Notes: generated by a model from the sequence alone, not told the origin. A stretch of DNA of 64,000 bases from an uncultured Caproiciproducens sp. (GCA_963664915.1 OY761810.1:446661-510660); one strand, 5' to 3'. Shown: positions 9,807 through 20,390, counted from the stretch's first letter. Program-made: numbers and translations.

Positions 9807-10925
9807 TTATTGAGCAGTTTTCAGATCAGCGCCAATCGCCTCTTTAATTAGTGATGGATCAATGGATTTCGCAACATTCGGATAATTTTCAGCTGTAATT
9901 TTTCCATCTTCTTTATAAATCTTTGCAATATCCTGCATACCGTTGCCATAGTTGTATTTGTCAGCCTGGCTGCTGATATAGTCCTTATTAACATACTTAC
10001 GAGCGTCTATTTCTTTGTTAAGAATGCTCTCCGTATATTTTTTACCGTTTTTAGTAAACCACTGCATTGAATAGTCATAACGTGTTTTTTTGTCCTGAAG
10101 TTCATCACAAGCCTTATAAGTAGCCTTAAGGAACTTCACAACCGCATCGTGGTTGGCATTGATAAACTTGCTGCTTGCGAAGATACCGTCATAAAGTGAT
10201 ATTCCGGTTGCATCTTCAAAAGTGGCAGCGCATACATAACCTTTTTCTTCTGCTTGGAAAGAATATGGCGGATTAGCCGCAAAGGCATCACCTTGTCCAG
10301 ACTGGAACGCCTGCCATGCCGGTCCGTAATCCATTTGTGTCATCTTAATGTCGGTACTCTTCAGTCCAAATCTCTGCGCATAACCATCGGCATTAAATTC
10401 AGCTGTAGTACCTACAGGGCCAAGCACTTTCATGCCTTTAATCAGATCAGCGTTTCCATACATGTTTGGATAATCTTTCAGCTCACCTTTTTTGGTCAGT
10501 AGTTTGCTGTCTTTGCGCACATAAACACCCAAGCCACCTGTGGAATTAATTTCGCCGATCCATTTTGTATCCGGCAATGATAACGAAAACACGGATGCAA
10601 GTCCGCTGGCGGCGATATCGATCTGCCCTGCGGAAAATGCTTCGTTAATCGGGTTCCCCGTGGCAAACATTACTATGTCAACATCCAGACCCTCATCTTT
10701 GTAATAACCTTTGTCATAAGCGTACTGCACAGGTACACCAACGGTTAACGCCATGGTGCCCACTCTTATTTTTGAGGACGTTTTCACGGCTTGTGAAGTA
10801 GTTTGGGAAGCGGCATTCTGCTCACCGGTGGATGTACTGCTGCTTGTCGCAGGTGATGATGCACAACCTGAAAACATACTGGCTGCCAACATCATAGCTA
10901 ATAAAGTACTAATTGCTTTTTTCAT
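9807..10925 (-). CDS. ABC substrate-binding lipoprotein (NMT1/SsuA/TauA-like)
   Basis: 372 aa. Lipobox MFSGC after the signal peptide, Ser/Thr-rich tether, then a periplasmic-binding fold typical of NitT/TauT systems. Confidence 0.9.
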   Translation of the reverse strand: MKKAISTLLAMMLAASMFSGCASSPATSSSTSTGEQNAASQTTSQAVKTSSKIRVGTMALTVGVPVQYAYDKGYYKDEGLDVDIVMFATGNPINEAFSAGQIDIAASGLASVFSLSLPDTKWIGEINSTGGLGVYVRKDSKLLTKKGELKDYPNMYGNADLIKGMKVLGPVGTTAEFNADGYAQRFGLKSTDIKMTQMDYGPAWQAFQSGQGDAFAANPPYSFQAEEKGYVCAATFEDATGISLYDGIFASSKFINANHDAVVKFLKATYKACDELQDKKTRYDYSMQWFTKNGKKYTESILNKEIDARKYVNKDYISSQADKYNYGNGMQDIAKIYKEDGKITAENYPNVAKSIDPSLIKEAIGADLKTAQ

Positions 10926-10947
10926 TTTCTACAACTCCTTTTCGATT

Positions 10948-10965
10948 TGCGTGTTCGATAACGCA
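10948..10965. promoter_or_regulatory. candidate LacI-family operator (imperfect palindrome)
   Basis: TGCGTgtTCGAtaACGCA lies in the divergent intergenic region between the SBP gene and the LacI gene. The half-site TCGATAACGCAT recurs inverted at 11088-11099. Confidence 0.3.
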
Positions 10966-11087
10966 TTTGTCGAAATTAGTATATCAAATGTTTGTGTATG
11001 TGTCAATATACAAGCTAAATTTATTTTATTATTGTTTAATATGTTCAATAATATCGAGCTTCATTGTTAATTGTGACATTTTATATT

Positions 11088-11099
11088 ATGCGTTATCGA
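11088..11099. promoter_or_regulatory. second copy (inverted) of the candidate operator half-site
   Basis: ATGCGTTATCGA is the reverse complement of TCGATAACGCAT at 10955-10966. It lies about 85 nt upstream of the LacI start. Confidence 0.3.
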
Positions 11100-11185
11100 T
11101 TTTACTATAATATTATTGACCTTCTATTTTTTATGCGCTATACTATATTAAGAACATAATTAAATTTAAGATGAGGAACTATAAT

Positions 11186-12229
11186 ATGGCTGTTACAATA
11201 AAGAAAATAGCGGAAATTGCAGGCGTATCTGCTGGAACTGTGGATAGAGCTCTTAATAATCGAAGCCGCGTAAAACCAGAGGTTGCCGAACGAATCCGCG
11301 CATTGGCAAAAGAATTAAATTACCAGCCGAATTCAGTAGCAAAGTCATTGTCAATTAAAAATAAAGGCCTAAAGATTGCAGTTATTTTGCATATCACCAA
11401 AAACTCCTTTTTTGATGAAGTAATACAAGGCATAAAAAAGGCAGGAAAGGAGATCTCTGATAGCGGAATTCAAGTTGTTATAAAAGCCTGCAAAGATTTT
11501 GATGCAAATAATCAATTGAGTCTAATTGAGGAAGCCTTAAACGAAGATGTAAAAGCAATCGCTATTGTTCCAATTAATCATCCGATGATTAAAAATAAAA
11601 TAAATGAACTTACCTCGTCTGGTTTTCCTGTGGTATTACTGACTTCAATTGTAGAGGATACGAATTATCTTGCCTATGTGGGATGCGATTATCGCAGAGC
11701 CGGTAAAATATTGGCGGGGTTAATTAACTTAATCACGAAAGGAAAAGCAAACCTAGGGGTACTATCACCGACTTTTCAAATGTGTGGCCATTTATACCGT
11801 GTGAATAGTATGTGTGAGTATTTGTCCGAAAACTACCCTGAAATTCATATTACTTCGATGGCTGAAGTACCTAACGATGAAATTGGTACCTATATGGAAG
11901 TGAAAAAGATGATGAATGCTCACCCAGACATAGATACTGTCCTCTATGGATCCAGTACTGTTAATGCAGGACTTAGGGCTATTCAGGAATGCATTGGCAA
12001 TAAACCCATTCAAATCATTTCTTTGGATTTAAACGACTCAATTAAGGAAGAGCTGCTATCGGGCAAAATAATAGCCACTCTTATTCAAAATCCAAGAGAT
12101 CAAGGATATAAAGCAATTCGTATTTTAGTCGATTATCTTACTAGAAATCAGAGCCCCAAAAATCCTCTATGCTATGTAAACACGGAAATTATTGTAAAAG
12201 AGTGTATCAAGGACTCAGGAACACTATAA
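11186..12229 (+). CDS. LacI family transcriptional regulator
   Basis: N-terminal HTH (TIKKIAEIAGVSAGTVDRALNNRSRVKPE) and a periplasmic-binding-protein-like core. The ATG at 11186 has GAGGA 8 nt upstream; the ORF track start at 11171 is less likely. Confidence 0.9.
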   Translation: MAVTIKKIAEIAGVSAGTVDRALNNRSRVKPEVAERIRALAKELNYQPNSVAKSLSIKNKGLKIAVILHITKNSFFDEVIQGIKKAGKEISDSGIQVVIKACKDFDANNQLSLIEEALNEDVKAIAIVPINHPMIKNKINELTSSGFPVVLLTSIVEDTNYLAYVGCDYRRAGKILAGLINLITKGKANLGVLSPTFQMCGHLYRVNSMCEYLSENYPEIHITSMAEVPNDEIGTYMEVKKMMNAHPDIDTVLYGSSTVNAGLRAIQECIGNKPIQIISLDLNDSIKEELLSGKIIATLIQNPRDQGYKAIRILVDYLTRNQSPKNPLCYVNTEIIVKECIKDSGTL

Positions 12230-13386
12230 AAACTGATTCTTTAGGTAAATCTATTTTTCGGGGGGTGAAGGCAATTCCGAACATTAGTGTTTTAATCAAA
12301 CCTGCGTCAGGCAATTGTAATTTGCATTGCAAATACTGCTTCTATTTGGATTTAATAGACAACAATAACCATGATAATTGTGGATATATGTCTTTAGAAA
12401 CTCTTGAAACACTGGTCAAGTCAATTTTACAATATGGTGATAACTGTGCCAGTTTTAATTTTCAAGGCGGTGAGCCAATGCTTTCCGGATTACCTTTTTA
12501 TCAAAAATTAATCGAACTGCAAAAAAAGCATAATACAAAAAACATAAAGATACAAAATGCAATTCAAACGAATGGAACTTTAATAAATAGTGAATGGGCA
12601 GATTTTTTTTATAAGAACAATTTTTTGGTAGGCGTGTCCCTTGATGGACCAGAAGGTATTGATAATATAAACAGAGTTACCAGCCATGGCGAAGGAACTT
12701 CTCAACGGGTTATGCAAGCGATTAAGATACTTAATAGCCACAAGGTTAAATATAACATCCTATGTGTTGTGACAAAATCAGTCGCGAAACATGCTGAGAA
12801 AGTTTACAATTTTTTTGCTAAACAGGGTTTTGATTATCTGCAATTTATTCCTTGCCTGGACGGCTTAAAAAAAGAACCTGGCACCGACGATTATTCATTA
12901 TCTCCCCAAAATTACGGAATATTTTTAAAAAAGCTATTTGATTTATGGCTTTTGGACAGGCTGTCTGAGAAATATATTAGTATTAGGATGTTCGATAACA
13001 TATTGGGAATGTTTTTAGGTTATCCGCCTGAAAGCTGTGATATGCGAGGAAAATGCATGGCTAATCTAGTAGTGGAAGCTGACGGTTCCGTATATCCATG
13101 CGATTTTTATGTAATAGATCAGTGGAAACTTGGAGAGATTGGTAAAGATACCGTTGACGAAATGCTCTTTGGTCAAACAGCGCACGACTTCGAAGATGTT
13201 TCGAATACTCGTCCGGAATCATGCCTGAAATGTGAATATTATAATCTTTGCCGGGGCGGCTGCAGAAGGAACTATGAACCAATCCGCAACGGGGTTCTGG
13301 GGAAAAACTATTTTTGCCCTGCCTATCAAGATTTCTACCGCTATGCCATTCCAGGGTTTTACAAGCTGGCAGAAAAGAACCGTTAA
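12169..13386 (+). CDS. anaerobic sulfatase-maturating enzyme (radical SAM / SPASM)
   Basis: CX3CX2C cluster (CNLHCKYCFY). anSME-type motifs (EADGSVYPCDFY; CLKCEYYNLCRGGCRRN). The true start is probably downstream (for example GTG 12265), because the track start overlaps the LacI gene. Confidence 0.9.
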   Translation: MLCKHGNYCKRVYQGLRNTIKTDSLGKSIFRGVKAIPNISVLIKPASGNCNLHCKYCFYLDLIDNNNHDNCGYMSLETLETLVKSILQYGDNCASFNFQGGEPMLSGLPFYQKLIELQKKHNTKNIKIQNAIQTNGTLINSEWADFFYKNNFLVGVSLDGPEGIDNINRVTSHGEGTSQRVMQAIKILNSHKVKYNILCVVTKSVAKHAEKVYNFFAKQGFDYLQFIPCLDGLKKEPGTDDYSLSPQNYGIFLKKLFDLWLLDRLSEKYISIRMFDNILGMFLGYPPESCDMRGKCMANLVVEADGSVYPCDFYVIDQWKLGEIGKDTVDEMLFGQTAHDFEDVSNTRPESCLKCEYYNLCRGGCRRNYEPIRNGVLGKNYFCPAYQDFYRYAIPGFYKLAEKNR

Positions 13387-13487
13387 AAAACTTGGAGCGA
13401 TAGCCAATCATTTAAATACTATTTATTATTATTCTAATTTAGAATAATAATAAATAGTAACTGATTAACACAGAATTTTGATACCTT

Positions 13488-15557
13488 TTGAATCTATCAT
13501 CTATTTTAAACACATATAAAAACTTTTTTGAAAAGAAAGCCGGAATTGAATTGAAAATCAATAAAAGAAAAACATGGTCAATTAAAGGGAAACTTCTGGT
13601 ACGAATGATCGGTTTAACTGCATCGGTAAGTATATTATGTGGTGTGATAGCGGGCATTCTGCTTTACCAAAGTAGTTATCAAAGCATGTCGAATGAAGTA
13701 AGTATGGCGTCTAAAAATTACAGCGAATCAGTAGAGGATAAAGTACAGCAGTATAAGATGGCGATTGAATTGATCGCCAATAATGCGACCATAACATCCA
13801 GTTCGGCCCCCGAAGATGAAATAAGACTGGAAAAAGAAAGACTTGCGAAAAAATACGGTTTTTTATCTGTTACAACTGTCGATGCTACGGGACAAACCAA
13901 TGTGGCTGGGGTCAATGTCGCTGATAAGGATTTCTTTAAACAGGCAATAACCGGAAAAACTTATTTTTCAAGTCCGATCTACAGTAAAAGCGACAACAGC
14001 ACAGTCATATACCTTTCCGCCAAAATATCAAATTTCAGCGATTTTCAGGGAATCGTTTATGCGACACTAAGCAGTGATGTGTTCTGCAACTTGGTGGATA
14101 ACGCAACCATAGGAAAATCGGGATACAGCTTTATTACAGATAAATTCGGAACCATCATCGCGCATAGGGACAGATCCGTTGTAAATAGTTCGACAAATTA
14201 TATTGAAAAAGCAAAAAGCGATAGTAGTTTTTCAGGTTTGGCGAATACCGTAAAAAAAATAATTTCCGGACAAAACGGCACCACAACATACACATTGAAG
14301 GGTATGGAATATTACACGTCTTATTATCCGATTAAGAACACAGATGGATGGTCAATTTGCGTGACGACTTTATTCTCAGAAATGATGAGCAATTTTTACA
14401 CCAGTATTTACATAACGCTTGCCATCATGATTTTATTTATTATTCTTTCGATATTTATTTCATTGAAAACGGCCAAACACATAGTAGAGCCCATAAAAGC
14501 TTTGGTCACGCGAACGGAAATGCTTGCAGAGGGAGATCTGCACTCTCAAATTCCTCATGTAAATACCAAGGATGAAATCGAAATTCTTTCTCTATCATTT
14601 TCAGATACGATAGATGCATTAAAAGGTTACGTTGGTGAAATCTCTTCAATAATGAATAATTTGACAGCAGGGGACTATTCTGTTGAAACCCACCAAAATT
14701 ACAAAGGAGACTTTATAGCAATTAAAGATGCACTAAACCTTATTATTTCAAATTCAAATGAAATCTTTTTCAATATTAAACAGTCAGCTGAACGGGTATC
14801 AATTGGAGCAGAGCAGGTTTCTGACGCATCTCAGACTTTGTCTCAGGGTGCTACCAGACAGGCTAGCTCCCTAGAAGAGTTGTCTGCCGCTATCACAGAG
14901 ATAGCAGATCAGGTAAACAAAAATGCTTCGAATGCGGCACAGGCGAGCCAATATTCGTTGGACGTTTCCACTGAAGTGATGCACGAAAATGAGCAGATGC
15001 AAAAGATGGTAGATGCAATGTCAGACATCAACGATTCCTCTAACGAAATCAAGAAAATTGTTAAAACCATCGAAGACATCGCTTTTCAGACCAATATTCT
15101 CGCTCTAAACGCGGCAGTAGAGGCCGCGCGTGCCGGCTCAGCTGGTAAGGGCTTCGCCGTTGTTGCGGATGAAGTGAGAAATCTTGCGAACAAAAGTGGA
15201 GAAGCCACAAAAAATACAACAGCTTTAATTGAAAACTCAATAAAGGCTGTTGAAAACGGCACAATTATTGCTGATCAAATGGCAAAATCACTGAATGAAA
15301 TCGTTTTAACTGCAAATAAATCATCAGATTTAATCGGCGAAATATCCATAGCTTCAAACTCACAGGCAACTTCGATTAATCAGATTACGCTTGGTGTTGA
15401 TCAGATTTCCGAAGTAGTGCAGACTAATTCTGCATCTAGCGAGGAAAGCGCCGCGACCAGCGAAGAATTAAATGGTCAAGCGCACACCTTGAAAGATATG
15501 GTATACCACATAAGGTTAAAAGATGATACGATTCGTGCTGGAATAATAAATGCATGA
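13488..15557 (+). CDS. methyl-accepting chemotaxis protein with double-Cache-like sensor and HAMP domain
   Basis: TM, extracellular Cache-like region, TM, HAMP, then the highly conserved MCP signalling hairpin ([40 protein letters not shown]). The start is uncertain; TTG 13551 gives MKINKRK... Confidence 0.9.
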   Translation: MNLSSILNTYKNFFEKKAGIELKINKRKTWSIKGKLLVRMIGLTASVSILCGVIAGILLYQSSYQSMSNEVSMASKNYSESVEDKVQQYKMAIELIANNATITSSSAPEDEIRLEKERLAKKYGFLSVTTVDATGQTNVAGVNVADKDFFKQAITGKTYFSSPIYSKSDNSTVIYLSAKISNFSDFQGIVYATLSSDVFCNLVDNATIGKSGYSFITDKFGTIIAHRDRSVVNSSTNYIEKAKSDSSFSGLANTVKKIISGQNGTTTYTLKGMEYYTSYYPIKNTDGWSICVTTLFSEMMSNFYTSIYITLAIMILFIILSIFISLKTAKHIVEPIKALVTRTEMLAEGDLHSQIPHVNTKDEIEILSLSFSDTIDALKGYVGEISSIMNNLTAGDYSVETHQNYKGDFIAIKDALNLIISNSNEIFFNIKQSAERVSIGAEQVSDASQTLSQGATRQASSLEELSAAITEIADQVNKNASNAAQASQYSLDVSTEVMHENEQMQKMVDAMSDINDSSNEIKKIVKTIEDIAFQTNILALNAAVEAARAGSAGKGFAVVADEVRNLANKSGEATKNTTALIENSIKAVENGTIIADQMAKSLNEIVLTANKSSDLIGEISIASNSQATSINQITLGVDQISEVVQTNSASSEESAATSEELNGQAHTLKDMVYHIRLKDDTIRAGIINA

Positions 15558-15589
15558 AGAGTATAAAAAGGTATTAAGTGGTGAAAGTT

Positions 15590-16281
15590 AGAACCATATT
15601 TTGACACTCTTCACGATTTGCACGGAAAGCGCGGGTAACCGCTGGGGAAGAATAGCATTCCAAGCATATTTAGCAATGAACGATATATCAGCGTGCACAC
15701 ATGGAACAAACGTAAATAAAACTAATGCGTAAATTGGCGGGCGGCAACCCGAATCCGGACTACGTGCGGATTGATGCTATACCGTCAATTATTGATCGCG
15801 AACTGTGGGAATATGTGTGTGGCAATAAATACCGTACCCGTACATGCAGCGTTAAAAATGTTAATGCCGATCAGCTTGAAACCTTTGTTGTTCAGCATTT
15901 TAAAGCCTATTTGCTGGATGCTAATTTTGAGGAAGTCGCGCAAACCATTGCAGACGCAGTAAACAACGTCACTCCCGATCTGTCGAAAGAGCGAAAGGAA
16001 TTTTCCAAAGTAAAGGCCGTACTATCTGGTATGGAGTTTCCCGAACTGAAAGATGAAGTTTCTCGACTGCGTGTCCGCAAAAGTGAGTTAGAGGACATCA
16101 TCGCCCACTCAGCAAGCAGCTGCGGCGCAAAGCCTGATCCGGCAAAAATTATTGATATTTTCTGCTATTCGGCTGAACATTTCAATGATGAACATTTGAA
16201 GGAAATTATAAACTTTCACATAACAAAAATATACGCCAATATAGACGGGTCTTTCACCGTAAATATAGGCGTACATTTGGA

Positions 16282-16303
<22 letters not shown>
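15590..16303 (+). pseudogene. remnant of a large serine recombinase (catalytic N-terminal domain missing, frameshifted)
   Basis: The 15725..16303 ORF has a recombinase / zinc-ribbon-like segment (IPSIIDRELWEYV..CGNKYRTRTCSVKNVNADQLETFV) and a coiled-coil tail. In another frame, interrupted by stops, the upstream 15590-15724 reads GKNSIPSIFSNERYISVHTWNKRK (recombinase-domain W..IL.N..Y motif). No resolvase domain is present. Confidence 0.6.
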
Positions 16304-16358
<55 letters not shown>

Positions 16359-16882
16359 ATATTTATTTATGCATCTTCCCTAAACTCAACTGTGATATCT
16401 TGTTTAGAGCGCTTAACTATAATACCATTCTAAGCATGGAATGTCAAGCCTTTTTTATAAACCATTGCTATTCATATACTAACTGTTGATAACCGTTGCT
16501 ATTTGTGGTTTAAAGGTGTCACTCGATTGGCATTAATGGTCATCAACTTATTGGTACCCTTTGGCTCTCTTCCCTACGCTCAAAAATTACGGAATTACGC
16601 TTTTTATAATGGATAAATAATTATATAAAAGTATATGAGATTTTAATTGAAATATGAGTTTTAAAGAGAAATAATTTTTATTTATCTATATCTTGCCTTA
16701 TAGAGAGTTCTCCTTTATTTTAGTAATCCTACTAACAAGTGCACTCTAAGGATTCAGCTCGGAAAAATTGCAGAATAGGATAAAAGCTTTTTATAGACAT
16801 TCAGGAGGAATTTTAATGAAATTAGTAGCATAAAAGGCTTTCCGTCGTAAAAAAAGTAAATCAAGAACAGTTGGAAAAATTC

Positions 16883-17200
16883 ATGACACAGTATCATAAA
16901 TCTATTCAGGAAAACACAGGCAGCGTAGAAAACATTCCTCTGTATAACAGTATTGATGACACGTATGATTGGATCAACTATACAATAGAGTTATTGGATG
17001 AAAACGGGTTGGATACTAGCATGGGCTTGGTTGAGACTGATACAGGCATATATCATAATTCAATATCCTCATATATCGATGTTATGATTTACCTGTATTA
17101 TTTGCTGAATCATTTGGATGATGAATTTATACATGCTGAATTTAATGAAAATGACAGCAGCTTTAGAATCGATTCTGATCTGTACTCAGCAGAAGGTTGA
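16883..17200 (+). CDS. hypothetical acidic protein
   Basis: ORF of about 105 aa (track start TTG 16871; first ATG 16883). No recognisable motif. AT-rich context. Confidence 0.4.
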   Translation: MTQYHKSIQENTGSVENIPLYNSIDDTYDWINYTIELLDENGLDTSMGLVETDTGIYHNSISSYIDVMIYLYYLLNHLDDEFIHAEFNENDSSFRIDSDLYSAEG

Positions 17201-17488
17201 TGCTGTTTACAAAATCCATGTATGGATCCTTTAGGTGAGTATCAAGATGTAGTATTTGCAAACGTAAATTGTTCTGAATGTCATAGGAGCAAAATAGTCA
17301 TGACCACACGTAAAACGTGTGGCTTGAACGAGCCCTAAAAGGACATAAGATTGCCAGCGCCTAAAAGACGCTGGCTTTCACTTTGTTCAAACCGTAGTGG
17401 ACTGAATACCGGCTAACCCTTAAAAGGGTCTTGGTATATTTGTCCCGGTATGAAGCCAGTGTCAGGTTTGCGGTTTTTTCTTGCCTGC

Positions 17489-18379
17489 TTATACTGGAAA
17501 TTTATCAAAAAAAGGGAATTTTTCTTGGTGGTGATAGTCGGACTGCCATATCAGAATCTGGATTTCATAAAGAGACTCAATAAAGCTGGTAAAGTTCTCC
17601 TCATACTCATTCGCTACCACGAGGGTGGGGAACTCACCTTCCGGAACCGTTTCAAAGAGCTTACGAATATAGGTGGTATTCCAATCATTTATCAGCGGGC
17701 GCCCCTGGAAGCACAGGTACTCACCGGCCGGAATCCGAATGATGTTGGGGTCCTGAAACCCCGGATCACCTTTTAGGTAAACAAAATATTTTTGTGCAAC
17801 CCATTTCTCTTCCAGCATGCATTTAAAGGAGATGATATTGCCATTTTGCCGCAAAAACGCTACATCTTTAAATTTTTTATCAGCCTTTAGGCCCTTCAAA
17901 AGCAAGGAGGCCTTTGAGGGCTGATTGGAATTTTGTATATTCTGCTCTTCCGGCAAACTGGACACCGCCAGCATATAACGCTCCCCGATCATGCGTCTAT
18001 AGGGAACTGCCTGAAATTGCTGCCGATTCGAATAGCAGAAAAAGTTGATGTACCACTTCAGAATATCGACAGTTTCCTGTATCTTCTGTTGTTCTTCCAT
18101 TTTTCCTTTGAGCTGTTTCTCTAAATAAGGGAGGAGCGCCTTGCTAGTTCCGGTAGTAAAGGCATTTTTAATCTCCGTAAGAGATAGGCCAATGGTCTCT
18201 AGATAGCGGATACGGTCAATGAGAGAAAGTTGAATATAAGTATAGTAGCGATATCCCGTTTCTGGGTTAATGTAGGCTGGCTTCAGTAATTCAATTTTAT
18301 TGTAATATCGCAACGATTGGACGGATATGCCAAGAATTTTCGCAACCTCACCAATCGAGTAAAAATTTTCTCTGTCCAT
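17489..18379 (-). CDS. MerR family transcriptional regulator with C-terminal effector-binding (GyrI-like) domain
   Basis: MerR HTH (YSIGEVAKILGISVQSLRYYNKIELLKPAYINPETGYRYY). The ATG at 18379 is preceded by GAGGGGG; the track's upstream extension is unlikely. Confidence 0.85.
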   Translation of the reverse strand: MDRENFYSIGEVAKILGISVQSLRYYNKIELLKPAYINPETGYRYYTYIQLSLIDRIRYLETIGLSLTEIKNAFTTGTSKALLPYLEKQLKGKMEEQQKIQETVDILKWYINFFCYSNRQQFQAVPYRRMIGERYMLAVSSLPEEQNIQNSNQPSKASLLLKGLKADKKFKDVAFLRQNGNIISFKCMLEEKWVAQKYFVYLKGDPGFQDPNIIRIPAGEYLCFQGRPLINDWNTTYIRKLFETVPEGEFPTLVVANEYEENFTSFIESLYEIQILIWQSDYHHQEKFPFFDKFPV

Positions 18380-18860
18380 TTTCTCGCGCCCCCTCAACTT
18401 TCTCTGTTTTGGTATCGGCAATGCAAACGATGGCATACGGGCAATACTGCATTCTTCAGCACATTAAACGGCATAAACACTGTTATTATATCATAATACA
18501 TCATAATATGATGCGCAATAAACAGATTCGTCCTTTTCAGTCGAGAAATCAGCTCCGGCGGGCTGTCAACTGCCGAGGCTAACAGCTACTAAGATGCCGT
18601 TCTACCTGCCGTCGGAAAGTTATATGCATATATCCAAGTGCGAAAACTGTCATTTTTTACAGTTTTTTCTACTATCATGTAACATAATTGTAGAAAAATA
18701 AAATTTCTCTTGACTCTATATCTGCTATAGCTTTTATAATAAGCATCAGGAAATGAGATTTTCCAGTTTATTCTCGGCCGGAATAACAGATCGTCCATCA
18801 ATCCGCTTAACACACCAATAATCAGAAAACAAGAAATACTTATGAGGGGATTTATTAATT

Positions 18861-20390
18861 ATGTTGAACAGTGTCCTTACAAACCTGGATAGCTTTCTCT
18901 GGGGCGCACCGTTTACCCTTTTTGTCATTGGCGTTGGTCTGTACTTCCTGATTCGCTCTGGATTTTTCCCGCTAGCGCATTTCCATCACATGATGCATCA
19001 CACAATGGGAAGTCTGACCAGCAAGGAGACTCATAATAAGAAAGCCGGTCAGACCACTCCGTTTGAAGCCATCTGTATCGCGGTTGGTGGCAGCGTAGGC
19101 TGCGGCTGTATTGGCGGCATCGCCACCGCAGTCGCCGTCGGCGGCCCCGGGGCCGTGTTCTGGATGTGGGTGTTCGGTCTGGTGGCCATGATGGTCAAGA
19201 TGGTCGAAATTACTCTGGGCTGTCATTACCGGAGTAAGAACGAAAAAGGTGAGTATTTCGGCGGCGCCACCTACTATATGGAAAAAGGCATCGGCAGGGA
19301 GCAGAAGCACAAATACGGCTTTGCGCTTGCCTGGCTGTTCGGCATCGGCTTCGTAGCGCAGTTCCTGGGCGGCTCCCAGGCGTACACCATTTCCGAGGTG
19401 CTGAACACCACCTTCCATTTCAACATGATTGTTGTCACACTGATTTACTCTGCATTTGTGTTTTACATTATCTACAAGGGCGTTCCCCGCATCGGCGCGG
19501 TGGCTAAGAAGCTTGTGCCCTTCAAGTGCGTGGCTTTTCTGGTGGGCGGCGTGCTTCTGATGATTCTCAACTATCAGAATTTGCCCAGCGTGTTTTATTC
19601 CATCTTCCATGACGCGTTTAACGGTTCTGCGGCGCTGGGCGGTTTCGGCGGAGCGACCATAATGGTTGCAATGCGCAACGGCGTTGCCCGCGGCCTGAAC
19701 TCCAACGAGGCCGGTCAGGGCTCCTCGCCCCAAATCCAGAGCACTTCCAATACAGTCCACCCCGTTCGGCAGGGACTATGGGGCTGCTTTGAAGTGTTTG
19801 TTGATACCTTTATTGTCTGTTCCATTACCGCTCTGTCCATTCTAGTGACCGGCGTTCTAGGTACCGGCAAGACGGGTGCCACGCTGACCATCGCTGCATT
19901 CCAGACCGACTTCGGCATTATCGGGCCCATATTTATCGCACTCATGTGCGTTATGTTTGGTATTACTACCACCAGTGGTTGGTTTACCTACTATGTGTCC
20001 ATCATCAACCATGGCCTGCGTTACAAGCCCATCCTCCGCGACAAAGTGCTCAAGGTTTTCAAATTCCTGTATCCGATCCCGAACATTATCATCGTATCCT
20101 CCATTGTGCTCACCGGCAACGGTCCCGACCTGTTCTGGACCATTGTGGACCTAACGCTGGTCATTCCCGTGTTCGGAAATCTGCTCGGTCTGATTTGCCT
20201 GAGAAAAAAGTTCTGGTCTCTTCTGAAGGACTACAAGGCCCGCTATCTGGGCGTCGGCGAAGTTGACCCCAACTTCAACCTGTTCTATGAAGACGACCCG
20301 AAGGTTGCAGCTGAGGAAGAGGCCATCCGCGAAGAGGCACGCCGGATTACCAGCGAGGCCTATGCCAAATCAAACAAGGCAGCGATGTAA
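18861..20390 (+). CDS. alanine/glycine:cation symporter (AGCS) family transporter
   Basis: 509 aa, polytopic. The N-terminus (LDSFLWGAPFTLFVIGVGLYF) and NSNEAGQGSSP motif are typical of the AGCS family. Confidence 0.9.
   Translation: MLNSVLTNLDSFLWGAPFTLFVIGVGLYFLIRSGFFPLAHFHHMMHHTMGSLTSKETHNKKAGQTTPFEAICIAVGGSVGCGCIGGIATAVAVGGPGAVFWMWVFGLVAMMVKMVEITLGCHYRSKNEKGEYFGGATYYMEKGIGREQKHKYGFALAWLFGIGFVAQFLGGSQAYTISEVLNTTFHFNMIVVTLIYSAFVFYIIYKGVPRIGAVAKKLVPFKCVAFLVGGVLLMILNYQNLPSVFYSIFHDAFNGSAALGGFGGATIMVAMRNGVARGLNSNEAGQGSSPQIQSTSNTVHPVRQGLWGCFEVFVDTFIVCSITALSILVTGVLGTGKTGATLTIAAFQTDFGIIGPIFIALMCVMFGITTTSGWFTYYVSIINHGLRYKPILRDKVLKVFKFLYPIPNIIIVSSIVLTGNGPDLFWTIVDLTLVIPVFGNLLGLICLRKKFWSLLKDYKARYLGVGEVDPNFNLFYEDDPKVAAEEEAIREEARRITSEAYAKSNKAAM

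Noticed and set aside
16359-16870. About 500 bp of ORF-free AT-rich DNA next to tRNA-fMet, and the similar 31886-32248 stretch, as a possible hidden RNA gene
   Set aside because: No conserved RNA motifs or convincing stable structures were recognised by eye. The two regions are partially homologous to each other, which is already reported as part of the duplication finding. They most simply represent the tRNA upstream or promoter region and its decayed copy.
18589-18860. Glycine riboswitch, T-box or S-box upstream of the AGCS symporter and lyase genes
   Set aside because: I looked for glycine-riboswitch cores (GGAGAG..CACCG..), the S-box and T-box specifier/T-box motifs and found none. Only promoter-like AT-rich sequence and the small ORFs 18589..18813 and 18746..18928, which have no support.
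18972-19760. 262-aa minus-strand ORF, plus 19715..19972 and 19946..20266
   Set aside because: These are antisense or out-of-frame shadows of the AGCS symporter gene in GC-rich DNA, with no recognisable domains.
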